Position numbers and translations under genes: made by a program. The notes beneath the pieces are model-generated. The model was not told where the DNA came from. It ran no database searches and worked only from the letters and a program-made list of their open reading frames with translations. From Myxococcales bacterium (GTDB taxonomy: Bacteria; Myxococcota; Myxococcia; Myxococcales; 40CM-4-68-19): a DNA stretch of 64,000 bases. The stretch covers positions 8,529-72,528 of the forward strand of contig JAIVGS010000002.1 in the NCBI GenBank assembly GCA_020201435.1, given 5' to 3'. The first letter of the stretch is position 1. Every line of letters starts with the position of its first letter. This document shows, one piece after another, positions 7,826 to 16,764 of this stretch.

Positions 7826-10768
7826 ATGCTGGCGGTAGTTACGGCGTTCGTGCTGCTGGCGGCCGTCCCCGCCGAGCCGCCCGGCCGATTCGCGTTCCGC
7901 AGCTACGCCAGCGAGCAGGGATTGGAGAACCTATCGGTCCTCGCCATCGTCCAGGATCGCGAAGGATTCCTGTGGGTTGCGACCGAGGACGGCCTCTACC
8001 GCTACGACGGCGACCGCTTCCACCGGTTCGGCGCCGAGGACGGCCTGCCGTCCAACCAGATGACCTCGATCGCTCTCGGCGACGACGGCCGGTTGTGGGC
8101 CGGCACGTTCCGCGGCGTGGCGCTCTTCGACCAGGGCCGCTTCCGCCAGGTGGCGAAGTCGCTTCCCGATCTGCTCATCAAAGGGCTCGCCCCGGCCCCC
8201 GGCGGCGCGCTCTGGGTCGCGACCGGCGCGGGGCTTTTCTTCGAGTCGAGCCGCGAAAAATTCGACGCCGTCCCGGGGTGGCCGGCGGCCGTGTCCGCGA
8301 CGGCGGTCTGGGCCGACGCGCGCGGGATCGTCGCCGCCACTCCCGGCCGCCTCTACACGCAAAAAGAGCGACGGTGGGTCGCGCACGAGGCCGAGCCGGA
8401 GCGCATCGACGCGGTCGTCCGCGATCGCCGCGGTACCATCTGGGCGCGCTCCGCCGGCCATCTCTGGGCGCTCGCCGATGGGATGGAAAAGCTGGAGGAC
8501 TTCACCCACGTCCTGCCCGGCTCCAGCGACACCGGGTACCTCTCCCTCGACCAGCAGGGCACCCTCTGGGTCCCGACCGACTCGGGCCTCCTCTACAAGG
8601 AGGAGGGTGGACCGTGGAGCGTGATCGGACCCGCGCAGGGCCTGCCGGCCTCGTGGGCGCGCACCGCGGCCGAGGATCGCGAAGGCTCGATCTGGATCGG
8701 CGTCACCGGCCTGCACCGCGCCGTCGGCCGCGGGCTGTGGCGCGTCTATTCGACCCGCGAAGGGCTGCCCAGCGAGGTGGTGTGGACCGAATGGCGCGAC
8801 AAGAAAGGAGCGCTCTACGTCGGCACCGATCGCGGTCTGGTCCGCGCGGCCAACTCCCGCTTCGAGCTCGTCCGCGGCAGCGAAGGCCACGCCATCCGCT
8901 CGGTGACCCAGCTGAAGGACGGCGCGCTCTGGATGGGCGGCAGCCCGCCGGAACTGCTCAGGATCGACGAGGGCAGGGTCGACCGCTTCCCGATCCGCGC
9001 CCGGAAGGTGTTGACGCTCCTCGCCTCCAGCCGCGACGAGCTGTTCGTCGGCACCGACGGCGGCGGACTGCTCGAGCTGCAGGGCAACGAGCTGGTGCCG
9101 GTCGCGGTCCCCGGCGGCAGCGTGCAGGAGCGCTTCAGCCACGTGATCGAGGATCGGACCGGGCGCATCTGGGCGGCCGGCGAGCTCGGACTCGCCTTCC
9201 GCGGCAAGAACGGCGAGTGGCATCGGCTCGGCACCGCCGACGGCCTGCGCGACGAGCGCACCGCGTACCTGCTCGAGCGCCGCTCGGGCGACATCTGCGT
9301 CGCGTACCGCGAGACGATCGGTTTCTCCTGCTTCCGGCCCACCGCGCAGGGACTGCGCGCCGTGCAGCACATCGACGCGTCGAACGGCCTGCAGAACGCC
9401 CGCGTCTACCTGCTCGGCGAGGACCGCAACGGCCGGCTCTGGGTCGGCACCGGCCAGGGCGCGGACGTCTTCGACGCGCATGGCACCGAGCACTTCGGCC
9501 AGGCGCGCGGCATGGCCGGCGACGACTGCGACGCCAACGCGTTCCTCGCCGATCCCAACGGCGACGTCTGGCTCGGCACCAGCACCGGCCTGGCGCGCTT
9601 CATCGGCGGAAACTACGCAGGGCCCCCCGATCCGCCGCACCCGGTGATCGTCGAGGCCCGGGTCGGCAACTCGCGGCTGCTCGGCAAGGAGCTGCACAAG
9701 GTCGAAGGGCGCAATCCCGCGCTGGAGGTGCACTTCGCGGGCCTCTCGTTCCTCGACGAGGCGCGGGTGCAGCACCAGGTGCGCCTGTTGCCGCTCGAGC
9801 CGGAATGGCGGCAGGCCAGCGTGCGCGAGGCGCGGTACAGCGCGCTCGGGCCGGGCAGCTACGTGTTCGAGGTGCGGGCGCGGATGGCGCCGGGCGCCTG
9901 GAGCGAGCCGGCGCGGCTCGATTTCGTCCTTTTGCCGCAGTGGTGGCAGACGGTATGGTTCCGGGTCTCCGTCTCCCTGGCCGCGGCGGCGCTGCTCGGG
10001 TGGGTCGTCAACTGGCGCGTGCGGCGGCTGCAGCAGCGCAATCGCGAGCTGGAAAGCCAGGTGAACGTCCGGACCGGCGAGCTGGCCTCGGCGAACCAGG
10101 CGCTGCGGGATCTGGCGGTGAGCGACCCGCTGACCGGGCTCAAGAACCGGCGATACCTCGAGCTGGCGATGCCGGAGACGGTCGCGCAGGTGATGCGCCA
10201 CCACCGCGGCCCGAGACCGGCCAAAGCCAACGCCGACCTGCTGCTGCTGATCATCGACCTCGACGATTTCAAGAGGATCAACGACACCTGGGGCCACGGC
10301 GCGGGCGACCGCGTGCTGCAGCAGGCCGGGAAACTGGTGGCGCAGATCTGCCGCGAGTCGGACTCGCCGGTGCGCTGGGGCGGCGAGGAGTTCGTCGTCG
10401 TCGCGCGCAACGCCGACCGCGCGATGGCCGCGAGCGTGGCGGAGCGCATCTGCGAGCTGTTCCGCGAGCACGACTTCGACGTCGGCGGCGGACAGACGGT
10501 CGACGTCACCTGCTCGGTGGGGCTGGCGGCGTTTCCGTTCGCCGACCTGCCGTGGGAGGACGTGATCGAGCTCGCCGACCATTGCCTCTACGCGGCGAAG
10601 CGCGCGGGCAAGGACTGCTGGGCGATGGCGACCCCTTCTCCGGCGCTGCAGGCCGCCGACTTGAGCCGCCGACTGCGCGGCGAATTCGCCCAGCTCGTCT
10701 CCGAGCGCCAGATCGTGCTCACGCTCTCCGCAGAAGTCCCGTCCGTCCTCGCGCAGGCCGGCCACTAG
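7826..10768 (+). CDS. Sensor diguanylate cyclase: periplasmic two-component-regulator propeller repeats + Y_Y_Y-like region + TM + GGDEF
   Basis: ORF 7826..10768 (980 aa). It has a signal peptide, many repeats of the GLPSN...D..G.LWVGT type, and a TM segment (WFRVSVSLAAAALLGWVV). The GGDEF domain reads DPLTGLKNRRY...IIDLDDFKRINDTWGHGAGD...RWGGEEFVVV. Confidence 0.9.
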   Translation: MLAVVTAFVLLAAVPAEPPGRFAFRSYASEQGLENLSVLAIVQDREGFLWVATEDGLYRYDGDRFHRFGAEDGLPSNQMTSIALGDDGRLWAGTFRGVALFDQGRFRQVAKSLPDLLIKGLAPAPGGALWVATGAGLFFESSREKFDAVPGWPAAVSATAVWADARGIVAATPGRLYTQKERRWVAHEAEPERIDAVVRDRRGTIWARSAGHLWALADGMEKLEDFTHVLPGSSDTGYLSLDQQGTLWVPTDSGLLYKEEGGPWSVIGPAQGLPASWARTAAEDREGSIWIGVTGLHRAVGRGLWRVYSTREGLPSEVVWTEWRDKKGALYVGTDRGLVRAANSRFELVRGSEGHAIRSVTQLKDGALWMGGSPPELLRIDEGRVDRFPIRARKVLTLLASSRDELFVGTDGGGLLELQGNELVPVAVPGGSVQERFSHVIEDRTGRIWAAGELGLAFRGKNGEWHRLGTADGLRDERTAYLLERRSGDICVAYRETIGFSCFRPTAQGLRAVQHIDASNGLQNARVYLLGEDRNGRLWVGTGQGADVFDAHGTEHFGQARGMAGDDCDANAFLADPNGDVWLGTSTGLARFIGGNYAGPPDPPHPVIVEARVGNSRLLGKELHKVEGRNPALEVHFAGLSFLDEARVQHQVRLLPLEPEWRQASVREARYSALGPGSYVFEVRARMAPGAWSEPARLDFVLLPQWWQTVWFRVSVSLAAAALLGWVVNWRVRRLQQRNRELESQVNVRTGELASANQALRDLAVSDPLTGLKNRRYLELAMPETVAQVMRHHRGPRPAKANADLLLLIIDLDDFKRINDTWGHGAGDRVLQQAGKLVAQICRESDSPVRWGGEEFVVVARNADRAMAASVAERICELFREHDFDVGGGQTVDVTCSVGLAAFPFADLPWEDVIELADHCLYAAKRAGKDCWAMATPSPALQAADLSRRLRGEFAQLVSERQIVLTLSAEVPSVLAQAGH

Positions 10769-10890
10769 AAAAGCAACATCTCACCGCGAAGGCGCGAAGA
10801 CGCGAAGGGGTTGGGACTCTTGCAACAATCGCCGCTCCGCGAACATCCCGAAACCTTCGCGTCTTCGCGCCTTCGCGGTGCGCTTTTGTA
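10769..10890. repeat. Hairpin repeat element, copy E2
   Basis: There is a perfect 27-bp stem: CACCGCGAAGGCGCGAAGACGCGAAGG (10782-10808) pairs with CCTTCGCGTCTTCGCGCCTTCGCGGTG (10854-10880). The outer flanks AAAAGC/GCTTTT are also complementary. It lies between the DGC stop and the marR-2 start. Confidence 0.85.
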
Positions 10891-10931
10891 GTTGGTTGTA
10901 AGAGCAACGAATTCGGTGTACGTGCCGGGGG

Positions 10932-11369
10932 GTGCCGGACAAGGAACCGGTGGGGCTGTTGATCGGGGCGGCGCGCAGGAGGATGAAGCGCGCGGTCACC
11001 GACCGGGTGAAGCCGCACGGCCTCACCGCGCAGCAGTTCTGGGCGCTGGTCAACATCGACGAAGCCGACGGGTCGTCGCTGGGCGAGGTCGCCGACCGCC
11101 TGCGGATGGACGCGCCCACCGCCTCCCGTGCCGTCACCCAGCTTCTGCGCCGCAAGCTGGTCAAGGCCGAAGGCGATCGCGGCGATCGCCGCCGGCTGCG
11201 CCTGCGGTTGACACCGGCCGGCCGCGCGCGGATGCCGCCCTTGCGCGCGCTCGCCGCCGAGCTTCGCGGCGCCGCCGTGCACGGCCTTTCCGGCGACGAG
11301 GAAGCTGCGTTGCGCGGCCTGTTGCGCAAGGTGATCGCGAACCTCGACGCGCTGATCCGGCCCTCCTAG
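10932..11369 (+). CDS. MarR family transcriptional regulator (paralog of 3043..3510)
   Basis: ORF 10932..11369 (145 aa). The sequence PVGLLIGAARRRMKRAV...LTAQQFWALVNI...SLGEVADRLRMDAPTASRAVTQLLRRKLV...DRRRLRLRLTPAG aligns along its length with the first MarR. Confidence 0.85.
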   Translation: MPDKEPVGLLIGAARRRMKRAVTDRVKPHGLTAQQFWALVNIDEADGSSLGEVADRLRMDAPTASRAVTQLLRRKLVKAEGDRGDRRRLRLRLTPAGRARMPPLRALAAELRGAAVHGLSGDEEAALRGLLRKVIANLDALIRPS

Positions 11370-11383
11370 CGCCGTGGTCGAAT

Positions 11384-12544
11384 CTATTCGACGACGAGCT
11401 CGGCGTTGCCGAACGCGAGCGCGGAGAGCGCCATCGACCGCAGGTGCGCCGGGAAGGGCGAGAGCGCTTCCTGCGCGGTCTCGGCCAGCGTGCGGCCGCC
11501 CTTGAGCAGCTCCCGCGAGAGCGCGTCGAGCGCGGGCTGGACGTCGGTCGCGACGCCGTGATCGAGCGGCTTCGCGATGTGCGCTTTCTGCAGGAAGAGC
11601 GAGAGCACGCCGATCAGCGGCGAGGCGCCCTGGAAGAGCTCGGTCGCGGCGCGCAGGCCCGGCGCGGTCCGCCGCGCGACGTGCGCGGCCTCGAGCAGGT
11701 GGGCGGCGGCGAGCAGGTGGCGCGGCAGCATCTGGATGGTCCCCGGATACGGCCCCGCCTCGCGGTTCAGGATCATGCTCAGCCGCCAGGAGCAGGTGAG
11801 CAGCGCCGCCTGCCGCGAAGCGGTGCGCGCCGCATCGGCGAGCCGCGGATCGCCCGCGACGCCGTGATGGACCCGCCAGCTCTCGAGGAGCGAGCGCAGG
11901 TATTCGGCGCGGTCGAGGACCTGCGGGGAGTGGTGCGCCGGCATCGGCTGCCGCCGCATCACCGCGATCATCGCTTCCTCCTGGAAGGCGGCGAACGCGG
12001 CGTAGTCGGGCTCGTCGAGATGGGCGTCGATCGCGTCGCGGACGAGCTGCTCGTGCGCCGCCCAGCCGAGCTCGATCGCGCCCTCCGGCGGCGAAATGTC
12101 GCCGCGGCCGAAGAAGGTCGGCCCCTCGGCGTCGATCTGCTTCTGCAGATCGGCCCAGCTCTGTCCGTTGCGCGCCTCCGACGAATCGGTCAGCGGGCAG
12201 ATCTTCGAGTTGAAATCGACGACCCGGACGTCGCCGACCTGGAAGATGCGGTTGAACGGAAAGAACCGGCAGGTGTGGGGCTTGTCGTCGTAGCCGTGGT
12301 CGGTCTCGATCGAGCAGAGGCCGTCGGGCCGTAGCATCCAGCAGCCGTCGGTCACGTCCATGATCTGGGCGAACCGCGAATTGAGCGGATAGACCAGCGA
12401 CGCCATCCGCGGCTCGAGCCGGGCGAAGCGGACGACCTCGTCGCGCGCCTCGAGCGCGACGCCCTTGCCCTTGCAGCAGAACGAGCCGCAGGAGGGGCAG
12501 TCGTACTTCAGCGCGCGGTCGGAGAAGGTGAAGAAGCTCTGCAT
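11384..12544 (-). CDS. YkgJ-family cysteine-cluster (CxxCGxxCC) protein with a long C-terminal extension
   Basis: ORF 11384..12544 (386 aa). The N-terminus has CPSCGSFCCKG ... GCWMLRPDGLCSIE ... HTCRFFPF, the putative zinc/iron-chelating domain pattern. I did not recognise the C-terminal ~230 aa. Confidence 0.6.
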   Translation of the reverse strand: MQSFFTFSDRALKYDCPSCGSFCCKGKGVALEARDEVVRFARLEPRMASLVYPLNSRFAQIMDVTDGCWMLRPDGLCSIETDHGYDDKPHTCRFFPFNRIFQVGDVRVVDFNSKICPLTDSSEARNGQSWADLQKQIDAEGPTFFGRGDISPPEGAIELGWAAHEQLVRDAIDAHLDEPDYAAFAAFQEEAMIAVMRRQPMPAHHSPQVLDRAEYLRSLLESWRVHHGVAGDPRLADAARTASRQAALLTCSWRLSMILNREAGPYPGTIQMLPRHLLAAAHLLEAAHVARRTAPGLRAATELFQGASPLIGVLSLFLQKAHIAKPLDHGVATDVQPALDALSRELLKGGRTLAETAQEALSPFPAHLRSMALSALAFGNAELVVE

Positions 12545-12604
12545 CCGTCCATGCTAGCGGATGTGGCGGGCGTTCAGAAAGCGACACAGGCCTCGAAGCG
12601 AACG

Positions 12605-12631
12605 AAGGCCGCATCGGTCGGATGCGGCCTT
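12605..12631 (-). terminator. Candidate intrinsic terminator hairpin downstream of 12697..13620
   Basis: AAGGCCGCATC-GGTCG-GATGCGGCCTT forms an 11-bp perfect stem with a 5-nt loop, about 66 nt past the minus-strand stop. The trailing sequence on the minus strand is only weakly T-rich (TTCGTTCGCTTCG). Confidence 0.5.
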
Positions 12632-12696
12632 CTAATCGGAACGGACCGGCGCTGACGCGCCGGGGCCCCGGACCTCAGCCTTCCCGGGCTCCAAGC

Positions 12697-13620
12697 TTAT
12701 TTCTTGGCGGCGGCAGGCGCCGGCGCGGCGGCGGGAGTCGCGGCGGTCACCGGAGGCTGCGTCTCGGCGGGCGGGTCGACCACCAGCCCGCACTTCGCGT
12801 TGGCCGGCTTGGGGACGCTGAACCACCGGTTGATGTCGTGGCAGGTGTAGCGGCAGACGCCGTTCTCGGCGCGGCCCTCGTCGGTCATCACGCACTTGCC
12901 GGGATTCTCGATCTCGAGGATCGCGGCCTTGATCAGGCCCTTCTCCTGCTGGTCCTGCTCGGCGGCGTAGGCCTTCTCGAGGTCGGGCCTGGCCGAGACG
13001 TCCTTGTGATTGCGGATGTGCTCGAGCATCAGCTCCTTCGCCTTCCAGTCCTGCTCGGTGGTGACCATCCCCGCGAGCTGCGCGTTGCTCCTCCAGCCGG
13101 GCACCTGCATCAGGCGGTAGAGCGCGCCGAGGTAGACGTTCTTGCGCGTCTTGTCGTGGTTGGTCAGCGCCTTCTCCATCACGGCGACGGCGTCCTTGCC
13201 GCCCTGGTCGGCGAGGGCGTCGAGCGCGAAGCAGGCGTAGACCGGGTACTCGTCCTTCACCACCGGGCAGCTCTCGAGCACCTGGGCGTAGACGGGGACG
13301 GCTTTCTCGCCGAGCGCCTTGACCGCGCGCCGCACGGTCGCGGGCTGGTTGCCGCGGATGCAGTCGTGCTCGATGATCCCGCGGCGGGTCTGGTCGTTCT
13401 CGAGATCGGCGGGAAGCCGCTGGTCGCGGCTGATGGCGATGGCGAAGAGCCGGGCGTTCACGCCCTGCGGGAAGCAGGACGGGGCCTTCACGTCGGGCGC
13501 CAGCTGCTCGATCTCCTTGAGCTCGCGGGCGTCCTTCGATTCCGGGCTGTTGTAGTCGTAATAGACGTACCCGCCGAGGGCGAGAGCGCCTGCGCCGATG
13601 AGGATCGTGGAGAGTTTCAT
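12697..13620 (-). CDS. Hypothetical membrane-anchored/secreted protein (helical-repeat-like, Pro/Ala-rich tail)
   Basis: ORF 12697..13620 (307 aa). It has an N-terminal hydrophobic anchor (MKLSTILIGAGALALGGYVYY), high third-position GC, several Cys pairs and a C-terminal PPAETQPPVTAATPAAAPAPAAAKK. I recognised no family. Confidence 0.6.
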   Translation of the reverse strand: MKLSTILIGAGALALGGYVYYDYNSPESKDARELKEIEQLAPDVKAPSCFPQGVNARLFAIAISRDQRLPADLENDQTRRGIIEHDCIRGNQPATVRRAVKALGEKAVPVYAQVLESCPVVKDEYPVYACFALDALADQGGKDAVAVMEKALTNHDKTRKNVYLGALYRLMQVPGWRSNAQLAGMVTTEQDWKAKELMLEHIRNHKDVSARPDLEKAYAAEQDQQEKGLIKAAILEIENPGKCVMTDEGRAENGVCRYTCHDINRWFSVPKPANAKCGLVVDPPAETQPPVTAATPAAAPAPAAAKK

Positions 13621-13691
13621 GGGTCCGGATGCTACTGCGCCGGCTGGGCAAGCGGCTAGAGCAAAGTGGTGTTAAGTTGCGCGGCCCGGTG

Positions 13692-14534
13692 ATGCTGCAG
13701 CTCGTCGAAAAGCCGTCGCAGGAGGAGCTCGAGAAAGGAGCGATCCTGCAATTTTCCCGCGCTCCGGTCGAGCTGCCGTCGGCGGAGGACCAGCAGTTTC
13801 TCAGAGAGGGATTGGCGCCGTATCTGCGCCGGAAGAACGTCTCCTGGTACCCGCGCGCCGGCAAGCTGACGGGCTTGCAGGCGCCTGCCGGGGTGGCCGC
13901 CCGGGCGAGGCGGATCCTTCGTGAGCACTCGCTGCGCGTTGGCGAGTTCCTGCGGCGGTCGATGCCGGAATTCACCCGCGACTGGGAGCCCGGGACGTCC
14001 AGCTTCCGGCCGCTGGAGGAGCGGGGGCGCGGCCTCTCGTCGCACGCGTCGAACGAGCTGGTGCATGTCGACGCGGGCGCGTACGGCGCGACGCACGGAG
14101 ACCGGATTCTGCGGTTTTTCGTGAACCTCAATCCGACGCGCGATCGGGTGTGGATCTCGCGCGGCAGCTTCGGGGAGTTGTGGAAGTCGTTCGGCGCCGA
14201 GGCGGGCGTGCCGGCGGGTGCGCTCGAGCCGACCGTCGCGGAGCGCGCGTACTCCGCGGTGGTGCGCGCCTTTCCGATGGGGCGGGTGATCGACACCTCG
14301 CCGTACGACCGCCGCATGCGCCGGTTTCACAACTGGATGAAGGAAACGCCGGCGTTCCAGCACGGGCCGGTCGAGCGGTTTTCGTTTCCGCCCTATTCGG
14401 CGTGGATGGTGCTGACCGACGGCGTGTCGCACGCCTGCATCGAGGGGCAGCACGCGCTGGTCGACACCTTCATCGTGCCGCTGCGCAACTGCAGGCTGCC
14501 GGCGCCCTACCACCTGCTTTCGGGGCGTGCTTGA
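13692..14534 (+). CDS. Kdo hydroxylase-like (KdoO family, Fe/2-oxoglutarate dioxygenase-like) protein
   Basis: ORF 13629..14534. The sequence SNELVHVDAGAYGATHGDRILRFFVNLNPTRDRVW resembles the KdoO HxD region. It is followed in the same operon by heptosyl- and glycosyltransferases. The start was moved to ATG 13692 because 13629 would leave only 8 bp to the divergent gene. Confidence 0.55.
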   Translation: MLQLVEKPSQEELEKGAILQFSRAPVELPSAEDQQFLREGLAPYLRRKNVSWYPRAGKLTGLQAPAGVAARARRILREHSLRVGEFLRRSMPEFTRDWEPGTSSFRPLEERGRGLSSHASNELVHVDAGAYGATHGDRILRFFVNLNPTRDRVWISRGSFGELWKSFGAEAGVPAGALEPTVAERAYSAVVRAFPMGRVIDTSPYDRRMRRFHNWMKETPAFQHGPVERFSFPPYSAWMVLTDGVSHACIEGQHALVDTFIVPLRNCRLPAPYHLLSGRA

Positions 14535-15556
14535 AGACCGTCCTCGTGCTGCGGTTTTCAGCGGTCGGCGACGTGGTCCTGACTTCGCCGGCGATCGACG
14601 CGCTCCGGGCGGCCTGGCCCGAGGCGCGGATCGTCTATGCGATCAAGGAGCGGCTCGCGCACCTCGTGCAGCACAATCCTCATGTCGATACCGTCGTCGG
14701 GCTGCGCGCGGGTGAAGGGCCGCTCTCCTACGCGAAACGGCTGCGGGCGATCAAGCCGGACGTGGTGCTCGATCTGCACGGAAAGATCCGCAGCAAAATC
14801 CTGCGCGCGTTGATGCCGGGCGTGCCGAAGGTGGTCTGGCACAAGCGCGACTTTCGCGACACGCTGCCCGTCAAGCTCGCGCTGCGGCCGTACCATTCGT
14901 CGATGCTCTTCGCCGACCGGTATCACGCGGCGGTCGAAGAGCTGGTCGGGCGATCGGTGCCGCGCGGGCGGCTGCAGTACTTTCTCGGGCCGGACGACCT
15001 GTTGGAGGCGGATCGCGTCATGCGCGCCTCGGGGCTCGATCCGTCGCGGCCGCTGCTCGGACTTTCACCGGGGGCGAACTGGGAGACCAAGCGGTGGCCG
15101 GCCGAGCGGTTCGCCGGCCTGGCGCGGCGGGCGCTGCTTCGCGGGATGCAGGTGGCGGTGCAGGGCAACGCGTCGGAAGCGCATCTCGGCCAGGCGATTG
15201 CGTCGGCGGCGCCCGGGGCAGTGGATTTGTGCGGCAAGCTCGACCTGCGCGGGCTGGGCGGATTCATCTCGCGGTGCACCGCGTTCGTCGCCAACGACAG
15301 CGGGCCGATGCACATGGCGCGCGCGCTGGGGGTGCCGACGCTCGCGTTCTTCGGATCGACCGATCCGACGATGTTCGCGTTCGACGGACATCGCGTGCTG
15401 TTCGCGGCCGTGCCGTGCGCGCCGTGCTCGTTCTTCGGCCGGCGCCGCTGCCCGCGCGGGCATTTTCGCTGCATGCTCGATCTGGACGAGGAGCGCGCCT
15501 GGGCCGCGCTCTCGCCGCTCTTTTCCGCCGGCCGGCTGCCGCTGCTCTCCGCGTGA
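14531..15556 (+). CDS. Glycosyltransferase family 9 (LPS heptosyltransferase)
   Basis: This is the C-terminal part of ORF 14150..15556, with a TTG start overlapping the upstream stop. Motifs are KTVLVLRFSAVGDVVLTSPAI, GANWETKRWPAERF and FVANDSGPMHMARALGVPTLAFFGSTDP. Confidence 0.85.
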   Translation: MKTVLVLRFSAVGDVVLTSPAIDALRAAWPEARIVYAIKERLAHLVQHNPHVDTVVGLRAGEGPLSYAKRLRAIKPDVVLDLHGKIRSKILRALMPGVPKVVWHKRDFRDTLPVKLALRPYHSSMLFADRYHAAVEELVGRSVPRGRLQYFLGPDDLLEADRVMRASGLDPSRPLLGLSPGANWETKRWPAERFAGLARRALLRGMQVAVQGNASEAHLGQAIASAAPGAVDLCGKLDLRGLGGFISRCTAFVANDSGPMHMARALGVPTLAFFGSTDPTMFAFDGHRVLFAAVPCAPCSFFGRRRCPRGHFRCMLDLDEERAWAALSPLFSAGRLPLLSA

Positions 15557-16698
15557 GCTGGCCGCGCGCGCCCCTGCTCATGGTCTCGAGCTCGTCCCGG
15601 ACGGGGCCGGCGGAAGGATTGATCTCGCTCGCCCGCGAGCTGCGCTCTCTCGGTCTCGACGCGCGCTTCGGCGGCGACACGGTGCGGCCGGGCGAGAATC
15701 TCGGCGAGCACCTCGCCCATGCCGGGGTGCCGTGGGAGCAGGAGCTGCGGCTGTCGCGGAAGGTGCGGATTCGCGACTTGGTTCGCGACGTGCGATTGCT
15801 CCGGGAGTGGGCGCGGTCGGGGCGATTCGACCTGTTCCACGCCGCGTTTGCCCACGATCACTTCGTCTCGCTGCTCGCCTCACGGCGCGCTCCCGATCTG
15901 CGCCTGGTGCGAGCGGCGCAGCGGCGGATCGACCTCGAGCCCGGGTTCCTGCGGCGGCGGCTCTGGGCGCTGCGGCGCAGCGACGGGGTGGTCGTTCACT
16001 GCGAGTCGTACCGCCGGTTGCTTCTTGGTCAGCTGGCCAAGGAGCGGGTCGCGACCGTCTACGGGTCCGTCGACGGACACTGGTTTTCGCCGGGGCGCTC
16101 GCCGGAGCTGCGCGCGCGATGGGGAATTCCGTCGGCGGCGCCGCTCGCGGGCATCGTCGCGCGGATGAAGCCGGAGCGCGGCCACCGCACGCTGCTGCGC
16201 GCCTTCGTGCGCGCCTTGCGCGAGGTGCGCGACGCCTGGCTGGTGCTGGTCGGCCGCGGCGAGGAGGAGGAGCCGTTGCGCGCCTTGACGCGGGAGCTGG
16301 CGATCTCCGACCGCGTCGTCTTCGGCGGGTATTTGCGGGGGCCGGGGCTGGTGGAGGCGTACCGGGCGCTCGACGTCGCGGTCTGGCTCCGCGAGGGCAA
16401 CGACGGCGCCTGCCGCGGAGTGCTGGAGGCGATGGCGTGCGGAGTGCCGGTGATCGCGGGCGCCGCCGGCGCGCCTGCCGAGCTGGTGACGGCGGAGACC
16501 GGGCGCATCGTCGATCCCGACGACGCCGGGGCCATCGGCGACGCCTTGGCCGGGGTTCTTGGTCATTTGACCAAATCGCGCGAGCTGGGCCTGGCTGCAC
16601 GCGAGCGCGCGCTGCAGTTCACGCCGCGGCGCGCTGCGGAAGAGACGCTGGCCTTCTGGCGCCGCCTGCGCGATCTGCCGCGGGTATGGGGGGCTTGA
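15553..16698 (+). CDS. Glycosyltransferase family 4 (GT1/GT4 fold)
   Basis: This is the C-terminal part of ORF 15094..16698, with a GTGA overlap onto the GT9 stop. Motifs include ...LVLVGRGEEEE..., FGGYLRG and EGNDGACRGVLEAMACGVPVIAG (EX7E-type region). Confidence 0.8.
   Translation: MSWPRAPLLMVSSSSRTGPAEGLISLARELRSLGLDARFGGDTVRPGENLGEHLAHAGVPWEQELRLSRKVRIRDLVRDVRLLREWARSGRFDLFHAAFAHDHFVSLLASRRAPDLRLVRAAQRRIDLEPGFLRRRLWALRRSDGVVVHCESYRRLLLGQLAKERVATVYGSVDGHWFSPGRSPELRARWGIPSAAPLAGIVARMKPERGHRTLLRAFVRALREVRDAWLVLVGRGEEEEPLRALTRELAISDRVVFGGYLRGPGLVEAYRALDVAVWLREGNDGACRGVLEAMACGVPVIAGAAGAPAELVTAETGRIVDPDDAGAIGDALAGVLGHLTKSRELGLAARERALQFTPRRAAEETLAFWRRLRDLPRVWGA
16025..16040. repeat. TTGGTCA-NN-TGACCAA family copy (TTGGTCAGCTGGCCAA, 1 mismatch)
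   Basis: Read directly, inside the GT4 gene. It encodes LGQLAK. Confidence 0.7.
16559..16574. repeat. TTGGTCA-NN-TGACCAA family copy (TTGGTCATTTGACCAA, exact)
   Basis: Read directly, inside the GT4 gene. It encodes LGHLTK and is followed by ATCGCG. Confidence 0.9.
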
Positions 16699-16706
16699 CA
16701 GCGCCG

Positions 16707-16750
16707 GTGCTAATGGATTAGCACTATGATACGTGCTAATGGATTAGCAC
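16707..16750. promoter_or_regulatory. Two identical 18-bp palindromes (GTGCTAATGGATTAGCAC), candidate BlaI-type operators
   Basis: The copies lie at 16707-16724 and 16733-16750, separated by TATGATAC. They end 15 bp before the blaI-like ATG. TTGACA at 16695-16700 and the TATGAT between the palindromes are possible promoter hexamers, but their 24-nt spacing is not canonical. Confidence 0.6.
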
Positions 16751-16764
16751 CTCCGGGAGCAGGC

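Noticed and set aside
10769-10890. Hairpin elements E1-E4 considered as tRNA/ncRNA genes, CRISPR repeats, or real small ORFs (peptides such as RVFAPSR, LRLRAFAVR in ORFs 10781..11329, 46432..46917 and 61875..62243).
   Set aside because: They show no cloverleaf or anticodon structure and no spacer-repeat periodicity. The ORFs simply translate the reiterated octamers on either strand. I kept them as a repeat family instead.
16707-16750. Resemblance of the GTGCTAAT/ATTAGCAC palindromes to the CIRCE heat-shock operator (TTAGCACTC-N9-GAGTGCTAA).
   Set aside because: The half-site order and spacing differ. Here each unit reads GTGCTAA-N4-TTAGCAC, and TTAGCAC-N8-GTGCTAA between units, against TTAGCAC-N13-GTGCTAA in CIRCE. 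The context is a blaI-like gene, not groE/dnaK. No such site lies upstream of lon.
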